A stretch of 64,000 nt of DNA from Torpedo marmorata (Eukaryota): contig OZ360236.1 of the NCBI GenBank assembly GCA_977017645.1, forward strand, positions 24,118,001 to 24,182,000. Reading direction: 5' to 3'. The notes beneath the pieces are model-generated. The model did no database searches and was not told the origin of the DNA. It worked only from the letters and a program-made list of their open reading frames with translations. How positions within the stretch are numbered: the stretch's first letter is position 1; each line of letters begins with the position of its first letter. Of this stretch, positions 40,030 through 52,759 are shown piece after piece. Position numbers and translations under genes: made by a program.

Positions 40030-40590
40030 TCTGGGATCTATGTGTCCTCACACATGAAACACAAAAACCTAGCAAGTAGATAGAAAAGTAGAAATAATGT
40101 TGGCTTTTGTTGCAAAGAGATGGAGTATAAAAGTGAGGAAGTCTCATCACAACTGTACTGATATCTATGGCTGGACCACTCAGGTTGATCTCCTTATTAA
40201 AGGAGAAGCATACATGCATTGGAGCCAGTTTGTTTGGGTGATTCCTGGGATGAAAGATTAACCTTAGAAGGAAAGATTGAGCAGGTTTGGTCTATATTCA
40301 TTAGAGGATGGAAAAATGAGGTAATCTTTTTGAAACATAGAAAATTCTGTGGGAATTTGATGAGGTGGATGTTGAGAGGTGTTTCCCGATCAGGGGTGAG
40401 GTGGAAATGTGGCAATTGTTTCAGAGTAAATGTGCCACCTATTGAACACATGAGGAATTTCTATTGAAATTCTTGATCCCAAAAGGCAGTGGAGTGTGTC
40501 ACTTAATATCTTTAAAGCCAAAGTAGATAGATTTTTGAATGTAACATTAGGGAAGGTAGAATGATGCTAAGATCGGATTAACCATGAACT
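40030..40590 (+). mobile_element. Degenerate CR1 fragment
   Basis: Similar to the 21030-21700 CR1. Confidence 0.65.
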
Positions 40591-40595
40591 TATAA

Positions 40596-41072
40596 AACAT
40601 TTTCACACAGAGGTAATGGAATTTTCCCATCACCAATATGCCTACTTACCCTCCGGAGTGGCCATTCACACAGGATGGAGGTTTACACTGACCTCCGGCG
40701 TGTTGGTGATTCCGGAGGGTGGACGTGGGTCGACGGCGACTGAGGAGGGAACGAGAAGGTGGGTTGAGGGAGCAGGAGGCATGGCAGATTGAATCCCCTG
40801 GAGAGATGGCCGGAGAGGTTGGAGGGAGGTCGAGGAGCATTGGAGGGGCAGAGGCAGGAAGAGGGAGACCGTCATCAGGTAAGTCGTATTTTTGCGGACT
40901 GCCTGCAGTTGAGTTCAGACTGCAGGCAGTCCGCAAATATTACTAGGGCTGCATCAGGAAAAATGTCAGGGTGGAAATCACTTTGTAATTTCCGTCACGA
41001 CATTTTTACACAGCCAGTAGAACGTGAAATTTCTGACAAATTTCTGTTATGCTGGGGCTGTGTAAAAATGGT
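40596..41072. mobile_element. Putative PIF/Harbinger-like nonautonomous element
   Basis: Imperfect 15-bp TIRs aacattttcacacag / ctgtgtaaaaatggt with TAA-like flanks; internal copy of the TIR motif; GC-rich interior. Confidence 0.45.
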
Positions 41073-41407
41073 AATTTTATTGACAAGCAGAGCAGGCACA
41101 GGAGACCATTGGGCCAACTTTAGCTCTTATTTCTTACCTTCTTTTGACTCTCACATTAGCTTGAAGATGGAGAGAGTGGAGGGAGGGGGCTAATTCAACG
41201 TTAGAAAATCCAAACAAATTAATTTCCCTTTGATCCTGCTTTATTTAATAGGGAGACCAGAGCTTGAATCTAATTTGGAACATTTGTCAACCTCAGGAGG
41301 CTACGTTAAATTAAACGTGCTGGACTAATTTGTTCATGAACTTCTAATTGCTCTCAAGGGTCTCACTCCTAGGTAGAAATGCAAACTGGAGGCACAACTA
41401 GACATTT

Positions 41408-41605
41408 AGTGCAACGCTATTACAGCGCCAACGACCCGGGTTCGAATCCGGCGCTGTCTGTAAGGAGTTTGTACACTCTCCCTGTGTCCGTGTGGGTTTT
41501 ATCCTCCCACCCTTAAAAACATATGGGGATTATAGGTTGATAGGTGTAATTGGGCGGCACGGGCTGGTGGGCCAGAGGGCCTGTTACCGTGCTGTACGTC
41601 TAAAT
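41408..41605 (+). mobile_element. V-SINE
   Basis: B-box ggttcgaatcc, V-domain, tail. Confidence 0.88.
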
Positions 41606-42149
41606 TTTAAAAAAATTTAAATTTAAATTTAAATTTTAAAAAGCGACCTTAAACAATTTACCTGCGCTTTGACTGCACTGACAATACTTCATAAAGAATA
41701 CCATTCTTTGAGCAGAACTGCAAATAACCACGCTCATCAGGCTGCACACAGATTTACCTCCTTGTGTTGCATTCTGTCCAGAAAACTCTATTACAAAAGC
41801 AGCTGACAAGTCTGATTTATGCCTGTGAGGTTTGAACAGCATGTGCACGACACATTAACAGAGTGAATCATGTTTCACATGAGGTACCTGAGGCAACTAA
41901 TAAAGATCAGCTGGCAAATCAAGATCCCTGAAAAGAAAGATATAAAAATAACTGAAATGCCAAGCAAGGAAACTAAGCATAAAGGTAGAGCAATGCTTGA
42001 AAGGTTATGAAATGGGAGATCTGATGGACAAATGGCAAAGGGTGATTTTATGGAGCATAGATAATCGGGTCATGCCAATAAATAAAGGGGCATAAAACAG
42101 ACAAAGATGGCACTAAAACAATGTTAAATAAGAATCCACAGTCAGTGCG

Positions 42150-42422
42150 AACTGAGGACATCTGTACAAAGTGAAGGGAGGAAAGTTTAGGAGTAAGTTG
42201 TTTTACACAGAGAGTTGTGGGTGCCTGGAATGCCTTGCCAGGGATGGTGATGGAGGATGAAACATTAGGGGCATTTAAGAAACTCTTAACAGGCACATGG
42301 ATGAAAGAAAAATAGAGGGTCACGAGGTAGGAAGGGTTTAGTATTTTTTTTGGTAGGAATATATAGGTTGGCACAACATCGAGGGCCGAAGGGCCTGTAT
42401 TGTGCTGTAGTGTTCTATGTCC
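42150..42422 (+). mobile_element. CR1 3' end
   Basis: ttttacacagagagttgtgggtgcctggaatgccttgcca..gaagggcctgtattgtgctgtagtgttctatgt. Confidence 0.8.
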
Positions 42423-42754
42423 TAACTTTTCAAGACCAAAAGCCAGTTGCAAAAGCAACTCCTACTCAGAAGCCTGTCTTTGCATTCACAAGTTTAAACT
42501 CTCGCTATGGAAGGCTTTACTAAACAAACAAAATCCCCAGTCTGCTTTGTGTGGTTCTACTGTTAGCAAACACTCATACATTGGTCTCATGGGCCATCAA
42601 AGAGCTTACTGCAGTAATTAAGATGATATTTGGACACTCTGCATGGATGAAAAAGGAGCAAGAACTTGGGTCTTTTGAAATCTGAAGTCATCCAAACTTC
42701 TTTATATCCAATAAAGTAATTTTGGAATTTACTGTTGTAACTACAGGGGTTTTA

Positions 42755-42920
42755 AAGTAGAGATACAGCACAGTAGCAGGCGCTTCCAGCCCACAAGTCC
42801 ATGCCACCCAAATACACCAATTAAATAACAAACTACCATACGTGTGTTTGGAGGGTGGGAGGAAACTGGAGCACTCAGAGGAAACCCACGCATTCATGGG
42901 AAGAACATATAAACTCCTTT
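42755..42920 (-). mobile_element. V-SINE 3' part
   Basis: Homologous to the other copies. Confidence 0.8.
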
Positions 42921-43333
42921 CAGGCAGATTTTAGTTTAAACTAAAATCCAATAAAATCCAATTTCCTGCCAAAATGGTGATGTTGTAAGTCTCATTTACA
43001 GAACATGAGCTCTCGCTCACTAACGTGATAAATGGCTTGTTTAATCGGCTTGTGGGAAGTATAACCTTCATCAGTATTTCCAAGAAAAAGAACATAAAAA
43101 TTGGTTGTGATGAGCAGGTATTGGAACAGATTATGCCGGACTCAGCCAGTGCCTCACTTTGTCCTCCTACGAGAATGCATGCAGCCGTGTGAACTTTTCA
43201 GTGGCCCACGGGTCCAATCAAGCCTTGCTCCCCATGGCCATTTCATAAAATGGAACGGCCACAAACTGGGCCTCAGGTGGCAGAAGCCGAGGTAGCCCCC
43301 AGAGCACCCTGTAGGCAACTTGTGCTAACAAAA

Positions 43334-43444
43334 GCAACAAACAATGGGCTGGAGAAACTCACCGGGTTGAGCTGCTCGACCAGCTGAGTTCTTCCAGCAG
43401 ATTGTTTGTTGCTCCAGATTCCAGCATCTGCAGTCTCCTGTGTG
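43334..43444. mobile_element. Miniature fold-back PLE (old subfamily)
   Basis: gcaacaaacaat..ctggagaaactc..gagc / gctcga..gagttcttccagcagattgtttgttgc arms plus a one-sided tail; flanks ctaacaaa/ctatcaaa. Confidence 0.65.
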
Positions 43445-43936
43445 CTATCAAAGGTCTTCTCAACGACTTCAATATGGCTCTGATTCTCTTAGACATTTTA
43501 AAACAGCTGAAATAGATCAAATGAATTGCAAAATAGAACATTTTCAGGCATTAAATAATTTTTTTTTTAATATATATATATATGTTAATATGGGGTAAAT
43601 TAGTTAAAATGTCTAATATTAGTTAAAATTAGGGAAAAAATATTTCTACCTTTCATCCAGGGCAAATAACTGTTCCGATGAATGGGACTGTAGATTTAGA
43701 TGGCTGCATAAAAGCAAAAGATGAGATACAAAGTGTACCTGGTCTCTCAACCAAAGATATTTTTGCTCCAACCCCAGACTCGTTAGCTTAGAAACAAAAA
43801 ATAAATAAAAAGACATAATTTTTATTCATTCTTACAAGTATCATCCGATTGTAAACTCTGTGTTGAGTCCAACAAGTGAGTGAGAGGGGTCAGATATGCT
43901 TTAGCCCATTTCATACTTCTGCACTGCAATGCAGAA

Positions 43937-44010
43937 ATGATAATGATAAGGTTTATTGTAATATACATTATACAATGTACATATGCACCAAAATTCTTAT
44001 TGCCGCAGCC
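43937..44010 (-). mobile_element. Rex1-type 3' tail with (ATCATT)n-like end
   Basis: Reverse complement gcggcaataagaatttt..tacattgtataatgta..acaataaaccttatcattatcat. Confidence 0.65.
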
Positions 44011-44011
44011 T

Positions 44012-45793
44012 AACACCAAATCCGGTGAAGTAGCAGACGGCAAAGCTTCTCTCCCAAAGGAACTCAATGCCTTCTACGGCCCGATTTGATGACAGTAACA
44101 GCGAAGAACCACCCCTCCGCACCCCCACATCCCCTGATGATCCTATCCTGTCCGTACCTGAGGATGACGTGCGTGCTGCCTTCAGGAGAGTGAATCCGAG
44201 GAAAGCATCCAGCCCGGATGGTGTACCTGGCCGAGTATTAAAGATCTGTGCTGACCAACTTACCAATGTATTCACGGATATCTTCAATATCTCACTCCAG
44301 CAGGGCGTGGTACCCATCTGTTTCAAAGAGGCGTCAATCATACCGGTGGCCAAGAAGAGTGTAGTAACCTGCCTTAATGACTATCGACCAATAGCACTTA
44401 CAACAGTGATGAAGTGTTTTGAAAGGCTGGTGATGAAGCATATCAGCTCCTGTCTGAGCGGTGACATGGATACATTCCAGTTTGCCTATCGTAGTAACAG
44501 GTCTATGGCAGATGCCATCTCACTGGCTCTACACAAAGCCCTGGAACACCTGGACAGCAAAGATGCATACATCAGGATGCTCTTTATCGACTACTGTTCG
44601 GCATTTAACACCATCATCCCCTCAAAACTGATCAGAAAACTCCAAGACCTGGGAGTTAACACCCCACTGTGTAATTGGATCATGGATTTCCTCACCTCCA
44701 GACCACAATCAGTGAAGATTGGTAAGAACTTCTCCTCCACAATCTCCACCAGTACCGGAGCACCACAGGGCTGTGTTCTTAGCCCCCTGCTCTACTCACT
44801 TTACACCTATGACTGTGTGGCTCGGTACGACAATAACACCATCTACAAATTTGCCGATGATACTACGGTAGTGGGTTGTATAAAGGAAGGGGATGAGTCA
44901 GCATACAGGATGGAGATTGAAAACTTGGCTGAATGGTGCACCAACAACAACCTTGCACTCAATGTCACCAAAACTAAGGAGCTGATTGTTGACTTCAGGA
45001 AAGGAAAGCCAGAGGTATACAATCCAGTGATCATTGGGGGATCAGAAGTGGAGAGGGTGAGCAAATTTAAGTTCTTGGGAGTCACTATCTCAGAGGATCT
45101 TTCCTGGACCCAGCACACCCATGGCATCATGAAGATAGCACATCAGCGCCTCTACTTCCTCAGGAGTTTGCGGAGGTTTGGTATGACACCAGAAACCCTG
45201 GCAAATTTCTACAGATATGTGGTGGAAAGTGTACTGATCGGCTGCATCACGGTCTGGTATGGGGACACCAATACCCCTGAGCGTAAAGCCCTCCAAAAGG
45301 TAGTGGACACAGCCCAGGACATCACAGGCAAAACTTTCCCCACTATTGAGAACATCTACAGGGAACGCTGCCGTCAGAGAGCAGCAGCAATCATCAAAGA
45401 TCCACACCACCAGCACACGCTCTGTTCTCGCTGCTGCCATCAGGAAACAGGTATAGGTGCCACAAGACTCGCACCACCAGGTTGAGGAACAGCTGCTACC
45501 CCTCCACCATCAGACTCCTCAATGACAAACTCAATCAGAGACTCATTTAAGGACTCTTACTTGTGCACTTTATTGATTTTCTTTTTTATTCTCTCTGCAT
45601 TGCACAGTCAGTTTGTTTACATTCATTATCTGTTTACAGTTCTTTATTTATTTACATGTATACGCAGATTTTTTTGCACCACCAATTAGTGGTAATTCTG
45701 CCACACTCGCAGGAAAAAAAATCTCAGAGTTGTATGTGATGTCATGTATGTACTCTGACAATAAATCTGAATCGGAATCTGAAATCTGAATCT
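44012..45793 (+). mobile_element. Rex1/Babar-type LINE, 5'-truncated, frameshifted RT
   Basis: ORF 44067-45485 paralogous to 1-1539 (YKFADD); frameshifts near 44080 and 45410; tail gaatct repeats. Confidence 0.93.
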
Positions 45794-46117
45794 AACAGGT
45801 GCTTGTAACAAAAAAACTAGAATAGTAAACTAATTGAATTAAATTAAGAGAGACAATAAAATTATAAGATAGATCATAAATATTCAATATGAAATATGGA
45901 AATCAGCAATACACTGTGGGTATCAGCATACAAGGAGCAGCTCGTCAGCAATTCTCTTCCAAACTACCAGCAGAAATTAAATATATTTGCACCATGTAAA
46001 CTGGACTATTTAAATGGCCTGGTCCCAAAAAAAAATAGGCATCATTCTTTGCATTTTTAGGACCATTGCAGTGGGGTAAAACAATTGTGAGATATTAAAT
46101 TTAATTTTTTTTAAAAT

Positions 46118-46343
46118 TTATACATACAGCCTTCCGGCCCACGAGCCCGTGCTGCCCAATTACAGCCAATTGACCTGCAAACCCCTGTACGTTTTGAAGG
46201 GTGGGGAAAACCGGAGCACCCAGATGAAACCCACGCAGGCACAGGGAGAACGTGCAAACTCCTTACAGACAGCGCCGGATTCGAAACATGGTCGCTGGCG
46301 CTGTAACAGCGTTGAGCTAACCGCTACGCTAAACGTGCCACCC
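46118..46343 (-). mobile_element. V-SINE
   Basis: Homologous to the other copies. Confidence 0.88.
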
Positions 46344-47493
46344 ATTAGAAGATTATATGTGCCCCAGTTTGGTAATTAACTCTCCTCTTCACTTAGAGTT
46401 CCATTCTTAGTTGTGTGATCTGTAAACTCAGCCTTCTTGCCAGTGAGTTAAATGGTAGATAAAAACAATGCATAGAATTGAACGACTTGATGACTACATC
46501 GTCGAATTTCCTGACTGCTCCATAACAGCCATTGTAAAATTTCAATAGAAATGCCATTTTTATTCTTAAAGTACTTCCCATTTTTTCCTAATAGATTACT
46601 ATCTCAGCTTCCAAGTTTATAGTGCCAATAATAATAGTGCCTCCTCTGTGCTAAAAATGTAAACAATCAGGCTGCTTATGTGTAAGTATCACTGGTAAAT
46701 GTGCATCATCATATAATTCAATAAAACAGTATTGGTAAAAATAATATTTCACTGCAAAGTTCACCATACTTAAGTAATCAAGAAATTTTAGTTATTTAAA
46801 ATTTTGGAATTATTTTGAAGGGGCACAACTTCACTTTTCACTTTGAGTTTCATGTATTGAACAATCAACAGTGCAATGAACTTGTGACAAACCCCTCTAC
46901 TCTTTAATTTATAAGTACTACCACAAGACTCTTTCAAACAATTCTTGTATCTCTTCCAAAGTTCTGACAAAATGAGAGATTTTCCATTTATTTAAACACA
47001 ATTATTCATACTCTTTTCTGTGTAATTTTTCATTTAAAAATAGGTGAACCAATTAAAATGAGTGCTCTGCCATAATTACTTAACTTCTCTGGTGACAGAT
47101 GAATTCCTGATATATAAAATAGCAAGTCAAGTCGACGTTAAGGTCAAGGTTTGCTGTCCATAATTGGAAGTTGGTATTTTATCCATGGTTTAGTTTTAAA
47201 CTGCTTGATAGATTTTAATGTTCTTCCCTGCTGTCCTAAAATCATTGACTCATATTTGCCCCTTCAATGTTTTCTGTTCAGCCATCTCATTCCCATCTTG
47301 TGATTTGTAAGTTCTACTTACAAGCAAAGGCCCACTTTGGAAAGGAAACATCCTGCAACACACCGACACAAAACTGTAAACATCTGTTTATAGGTTTTAC
47401 TGCTGTTGTTCATCCCCAGGGAACAGCTGATGTCGCTGTGTTAATTTATTATCTCACTGGAGTCGTTTCACCACTGATGATGAATATACCTGT

Positions 47494-47591
47494 TGAATTC
47501 TCTTCACAATATTGGAAGAGCGACATTGAGAGATCAAAAAGTGATGTCACAACGAACACTTGGCCGCCGCAAGCTCTGTGGTAACTTTTCT
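47494..47591 (-). pseudogene. Degenerate 28S rRNA fragment (domain V region)
   Basis: Plus strand ttcacaat..ggaagagcgacattgagagatcaaaaagtgatgtc..gaacacttggccgccgcaagc..ctgtggtaacttttct matches the reverse complement of conserved LSU rRNA (GGAAGAGCCGACATCGAAGGATCAAAAAGC..CTTGGCCGCCACAAGC..CTGTGGTAACTTTTCT). Confidence 0.8.
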
Positions 47592-47612
47592 CACTACTCT
47601 AATCTTCACTCT

Positions 47613-48885
47613 TCTTTTTTTTAATATTTTATTTAAAATTTTTAAATCACAAAATACATAAAATGAAATATAAAATTATCAAAATATTTGTGATACATTT
47701 TCACCCCCCCTCCCTCCCTCCCCTCCCCAACCCTCCCAACCCCACTAATCTAATAAAAATAAAAATATAAAATAAAAATAGAAAAGGAAGAAGAAAAAAG
47801 AAAGAAAAAGATAGAGTAAGGAGAATGCCAATCTATAAACTAATTCTATTATGGAGGTCAAGCATGCCAGTAGATCCGATATCCAGAGATCTTTAAATCC
47901 TTAAACCAACAACTTTCATATATGGGCTCCAAATTTTTAAGAAGAAATGATATTTGTTACGTAAATTATAAGTAATTTTTTCAAGTGGTATACACGAACG
48001 AAGTTCTGCATGCCATCTTTCTAATCCTAAATCTAAATCAGATTTCCAAGTAATAGCAATACATTTCTTTGAAACAGCTGAAGCAATTTGCAAAAATTCT
48101 ATTTGATACATATTTAATTTCATCTTAATACTAAATTTTCTAATATCTCCAAACAAAAATATCATAGGATCCATTGGAAATGTAATCTTAAATACTTTAT
48201 CTAAAAAATTTTTAACTTTCAACCAAAAATCATAAATTTTTGGACAAAACCATGTAGAATGTACAAAAGACCCTTCCTCTTTATTACATCTAAAACATAA
48301 ACCTGATAATGTCGGATTAAATTTCTTTAGTTTTTTAGGTGTTAAATATAATTGATGAAAAAAATTGTATTGTACTAATCTATATCTAACATTAATAATC
48401 TTCGTCATACTTAATTTACATAATTCTTTCCAATGATTTTCATCTATTCTTACATTCAAATCTAATTCCCATTTTAATCTTGATTTATGAATTCCTACTT
48501 TAGGCATTTTCCTCTGAAACAATTTATACATTTGAGAAATAAATTTATTGACATCTCCTTTAGTAACTAATAATTCTAATTCATTCTGTCTTGGTAAAAT
48601 CAAAGCATAACCTAATTTCTCAATCAGAAAAGCTCTAATTTGATAATAAGCAAAAAGTATATTATCTAATATATTAAATTTATCTTTCATTCTTTGAAAA
48701 GTAATAAATTTCCCAGCTTCAAAACAATCATTAATTATCTTAATTCCTTTTTGAAACCAAATTTTAAATAATTGATTATTAATAGTAAATGGAATAAGTC
48801 CATTTTGATATAAAGGCATTCTTGAAGAAATCAATCCTTTTCCTCCTATTTCCTTATCCATCTTATTCCATATTTCTATTGATCT
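47613..48885 (-). mobile_element. L1-clade LINE, ORF2 C-terminus plus 3' UTR and A-rich tail
   Basis: About 330 aa of ORF 47893-49005 with KWELDL, LVQYNFFHQLY, CFRC....GSFVHSTWFCP; G-rich UTR; AATAAA and poly(A) near 47613-47632. Confidence 0.9.
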
Positions 48886-48904
48886 GAACCTTTCACCTTG
48901 GCCT

Positions 48905-49360
48905 TTCCCGATAGATTTATGACAGTAATGAGGAGGAACTGTTTCTCTCAAGAGCAGTGAATCTGTGGAATTCTCTGCCCAAGGAAGCAGGACAGGTTGC
49001 CTCATTGAATGTATTTAAGACACAGATAGGTTGCTGTTTGAATAGGAATTTAGAGTGAGGAAGAACAGGCGGGGAAGTGGAACTTTCTATGGCAGGGGTG
49101 GCCAACCTTTTAATTTTTAATTTAGACATACAGCACGGTAACAGGCCATTTCAGCCCACGAGTCCATGCCGCCCAATTAACCTACACCCCCGCTACGTAC
49201 TCATGGGCCGAAATGGCCTGTTACCGTGCTGTATGTCTAAATTAAAAATTAAAAGGTTGGCCACCACCGGTCTATGGCCAGATCAGCCATGATCTTATTG
49301 AATGGTGGAGCAGGCTCAATGGGCCAGATGGCCGACTCTTGCTCCTGTTTCTCATCTTCT
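48905..49360 (+). mobile_element. CR1 3' end (interrupted by a MITE)
   Basis: gaggaggaactgtttctctcaagagcagtgaatctgtggaattctctgcc ... cagatcagccatgatcttattgaatgg. Confidence 0.88.
49093..49269. mobile_element. hAT-type MITE made of two inverted V-SINE tails
   Basis: TIRs caggggtggccaacc / ggttggccaccaccg; TSD ttctatgg (49085-49092) / gtctatgg (49270-49277). Confidence 0.8.
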
Positions 49361-50462
49361 TTTGTTTTTATTGTCAAGCTCAGGAACGTGTGAGGCACAA
49401 GTTACTCAATTTTTTTTTATGGAAATGTGCCGTTGACTGTCTGTCAACTGACACCCACGTATAGATGATAGATGAAGCAAGTAGTGGTCTTTCAATCATT
49501 AATCTTGAAGGTAAGACCATTGAGCTTTTCAGAGTATTTTTCCTGGACAGTGATCTTTAATTTTGTAGTTTTTAGACCTGCATTTCTAGTTGTATTTTTG
49601 GAGTTTGAGTTGCAATATATATAATTGTTACAATTAAATTTCTGCACTTGGGATTCTGTATCAGCATAATGATGAGGTGATGAGTAAGAATTTCAGGCAT
49701 ATGTACATCGTATAATGTATCTGACAATAAATTTGTTATCATTTAAAGCCGTGCCCTTCATTCAGGCAAAAGCAGTGCAATGTTTGGGAGCCATATGGGT
49801 GTTAATATGCTCAGGATTTTGTGGGTCTTTTCTCATTTTTGAACAGGGGAAGAAGGCAGTGAAAAAAGAGATTAAAATGGGGGGTGGGTGGGGGGGGGGG
49901 GTTGCAGGGGAGTCATTTGCAGGAGCGTTGCATCCATCCCAGCATCTGTGTCCACACGCTGAGACACACCCACAAAGGAGTGTCTGAGGAAAATGGCCCT
50001 CTCAGTGAATTGTGCCATCTACTGGAATCTGAATTAAAGTCAAGCTTCGCCACAGGGATGCCATTGATTGTGAAGCAAAAACAATCAAACCCTAAACTTT
50101 TAGCCTCAGACTCTTTCTGCACAGTGACAGGGATTACATCAAGTAATCTGCAAGTAACATTTGAGTAAATCTTTCCATTTGCTCATGAATACAAACATTC
50201 TTACCATGACAGACTGGCAGCAGATGATGCAATACACATTTACGACATTGTTCCATGACGTACTGATTGACACTCATGTGCACCCCATTATTACTTTGCT
50301 TCAGTCTTTGTGAAGAGCAAAGATTTTTTCACTCTTCCATGCCAACTTTCACTTTAGTTCACTTTTTTCTCCAAAGTACCTGTTCAGCTGCAGCAAGTAA
50401 GAATTTCTGTACTATGTCCATTGTACAATGTATATGACCAGAAACTCGTCATTATCTTTAGT

Positions 50463-50957
50463 AAAAACACAAAGCTGGAGAAACTCAGCAGGTCAAACTG
50501 TGTACTTTATATAGCAAAGATAAAGATACATAACCAACGTTTGGGGCTTGAGCCCTTCATCAAGGTGTGAAAAAATGTCGGCAGGCGCCTGAATAAAATG
50601 ATGGTGGGGGAGGGGCAGGGGGAGGAGCACAATCCCAAAGGCAGGAGGTAATAGGTGGATAAGGGAGGGAGGGCACACCAGCAAAGCAGGGGGAGGAGGG
50701 ATGGCTCTGTGAATGGAGAGGGAAGGGGGTGCAGAACTGGAGGAAAGAAGACAAGGGGAATGGGAAGGGAGGGAGAATGGGGAGTAGGCTAGCAGAAACC
50801 GGAGAAGTCGATGTTAATGCCATCCAGTTGGAGAATGTCCAGATGGAAAATTAAGTGTTGCTCCTCCAATTTACGGGTGGTCTTTGTGGGTCAGAACATG
50901 AGGCCATGGACAGACAATGCAGCGTGGGAGAGGGGCTACTCCTGTTTTACTCTTTTT
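50463..50957 (-). mobile_element. PLE 3' fragment with about 19-bp TSD
   Basis: actc(g/a)tcattatc(t/c)ttagt at 50444-50462 and 50958-50976; inserted at the end of a Rex1-type tail (about 50390-50458). Confidence 0.82.
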
Positions 50958-51375
50958 ACTCATCATTATCCTTAGTTACTCAGTCAGAACTACTTAAAGA
51001 AAAACATTCACCCACAAAGTATGTCTCTTAAGAAATGGTCATTTTCACTGTGATTTCTAGCTGTGACTATCTTGGCAAAATGAACGGGTGATTACCAGTT
51101 ACAATGTATACATGAAATCAACAGGCTAGTACTTATCGCACACTAGTCATTGCAAAAGTTGAATTCCCTCCATGGATTGGGAGGAAATTTCTAAATAAAG
51201 CCGCTCACACTTCTTGATTATTTTTCTCTGTGTTCCATTGCCAACCAGGAAAGCCTGACAAGAATTATCAAGGAAGATGCAGTGATTATCCCCACCTATT
51301 TTTACTTTTAAAGGCAGCAGTCCATGTTAGAATCCACTGAGTATGCTTATTTTTGGTCTAATATATGACTGATTA

Positions 51376-51754
51376 CCGTATATACTCGTGTAATAATCGA
51401 TCCCGTGTAATAGTTGACCGCCCCCCTTTTTTTTGGCCCAAAAATCGTGTGTTTTCCGTATGACCCATGTAAAAGTCAACTCCCCCTATTTTTGGCCCCG
51501 ACCACCCGCCCATGCGAGCTCCCGACGCCCCGACTGCAGATCTTCGCCCCAGCCACCCACCCGCCCGAGCTCCCGACGCCCCGGTCACAGACTTTCTCCT
51601 AGGCCCTGGCTGCCCACCCATCCAAGCTCCCGACGCCTTGAACTATGCAGGTACTTACCACGGTCAAAATTATGACACGTGTAAAAGTCGACCCCCCCAA
51701 ATTTGATCCGAAAACTCGGTCCAAATACCACGACTATTACACGAGTATATACGG
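51376..51754. mobile_element. Tc1/mariner Tc2-like nonautonomous DNA transposon
   Basis: Perfect 20-bp TIR ccgtatatactcgtgtaata / tattacacgagtatatacgg, TA TSD, subterminal gtgtaa..gtcgaccccc repeats, three internal GC-rich repeats. Confidence 0.9.
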
Positions 51755-52759
51755 TATTATAATGATTCTTCATAATCAACAAAAAATGCACTGTGACACA
51801 AAACATTTTAAATCCCTTCAGAACAGGAAAATAACTAAACACTGAGCCATGGTGAAAACAGGGTTTAATAGGTTCTTATTATTGTAGATTATGAATTAGA
51901 GAGAGATGGCAATGTAGTTAAATTTAGGGAGAACATTGGCAAGGATGGAATGGGTTAACTGCTCTTTTGCTAAAAATAGAACAAAAAGAGTGAATATATA
52001 ACAGAGGCGACAGCTGCAAGAACTGAACAAAGAGTAGGAAGGACCATGGATATGAGGATCTCACTGCGAAGAACAAGTGTTTGGACAATAATGGATGGGA
52101 GTTAGAAACAAAGAGAATTGGAAAAGATGGGGCCAGCAAAAGATTTGGGACTGAATAAAAGGAGTACTGAATTGAAGAGGGCCGCACAGTGTGTTCAGTA
52201 CAATCCCTGTGCCTCACTGGTAATCCTCCCACTTGAATGCTCTCTGTCCTCAATTGGCCCAGCCTTCCCCTTGAATCTCTTGCTCCAGATCAACAGTCTT
52301 TGGCGGGCCTGCCAGATTTTCCAGCAATTCTGGAAAAACAGAGAAGTTCAACACATTAAAATTGACTTACTTTCTTGCTGGCTACAGCATTTTGACCGCT
52401 CTTTCCATTAACCCCCTGTACATTCAAGGTAAAAAATCAAATTCACGAGGGGCCACTTTAACCCAATGAACAGAGAGGAATGGCCACTGGAACAGGCAGA
52501 TTGCTCATTTCATTCCCCATTCTGTTTGTTCTCCTTTGGATTCGATGGAGAGTGGATTTCTGTGGTTTCTGGACTCAATTCCATCACTTTCCCAACAGGC
52601 TATTCAGAAATAAACTAGTTCCCCTGAGTCCAAAGATAACAAAAGCAAGGGTAGATTTTTCAGTGCCAACAATGCAAGGACCAAGCCGTAGGATATTACC
52701 AAACAAAGTAAGTGCATTAAAACTAGTACACAACTGGAAGAAGTCATCAAAAAATCAAA

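Noticed and set aside
47893-49005. 370-aa ORF as an independent gene
   Set aside because: Chimera: the first ~40 aa are antisense CR1 sequence and the rest is L1 ORF2.
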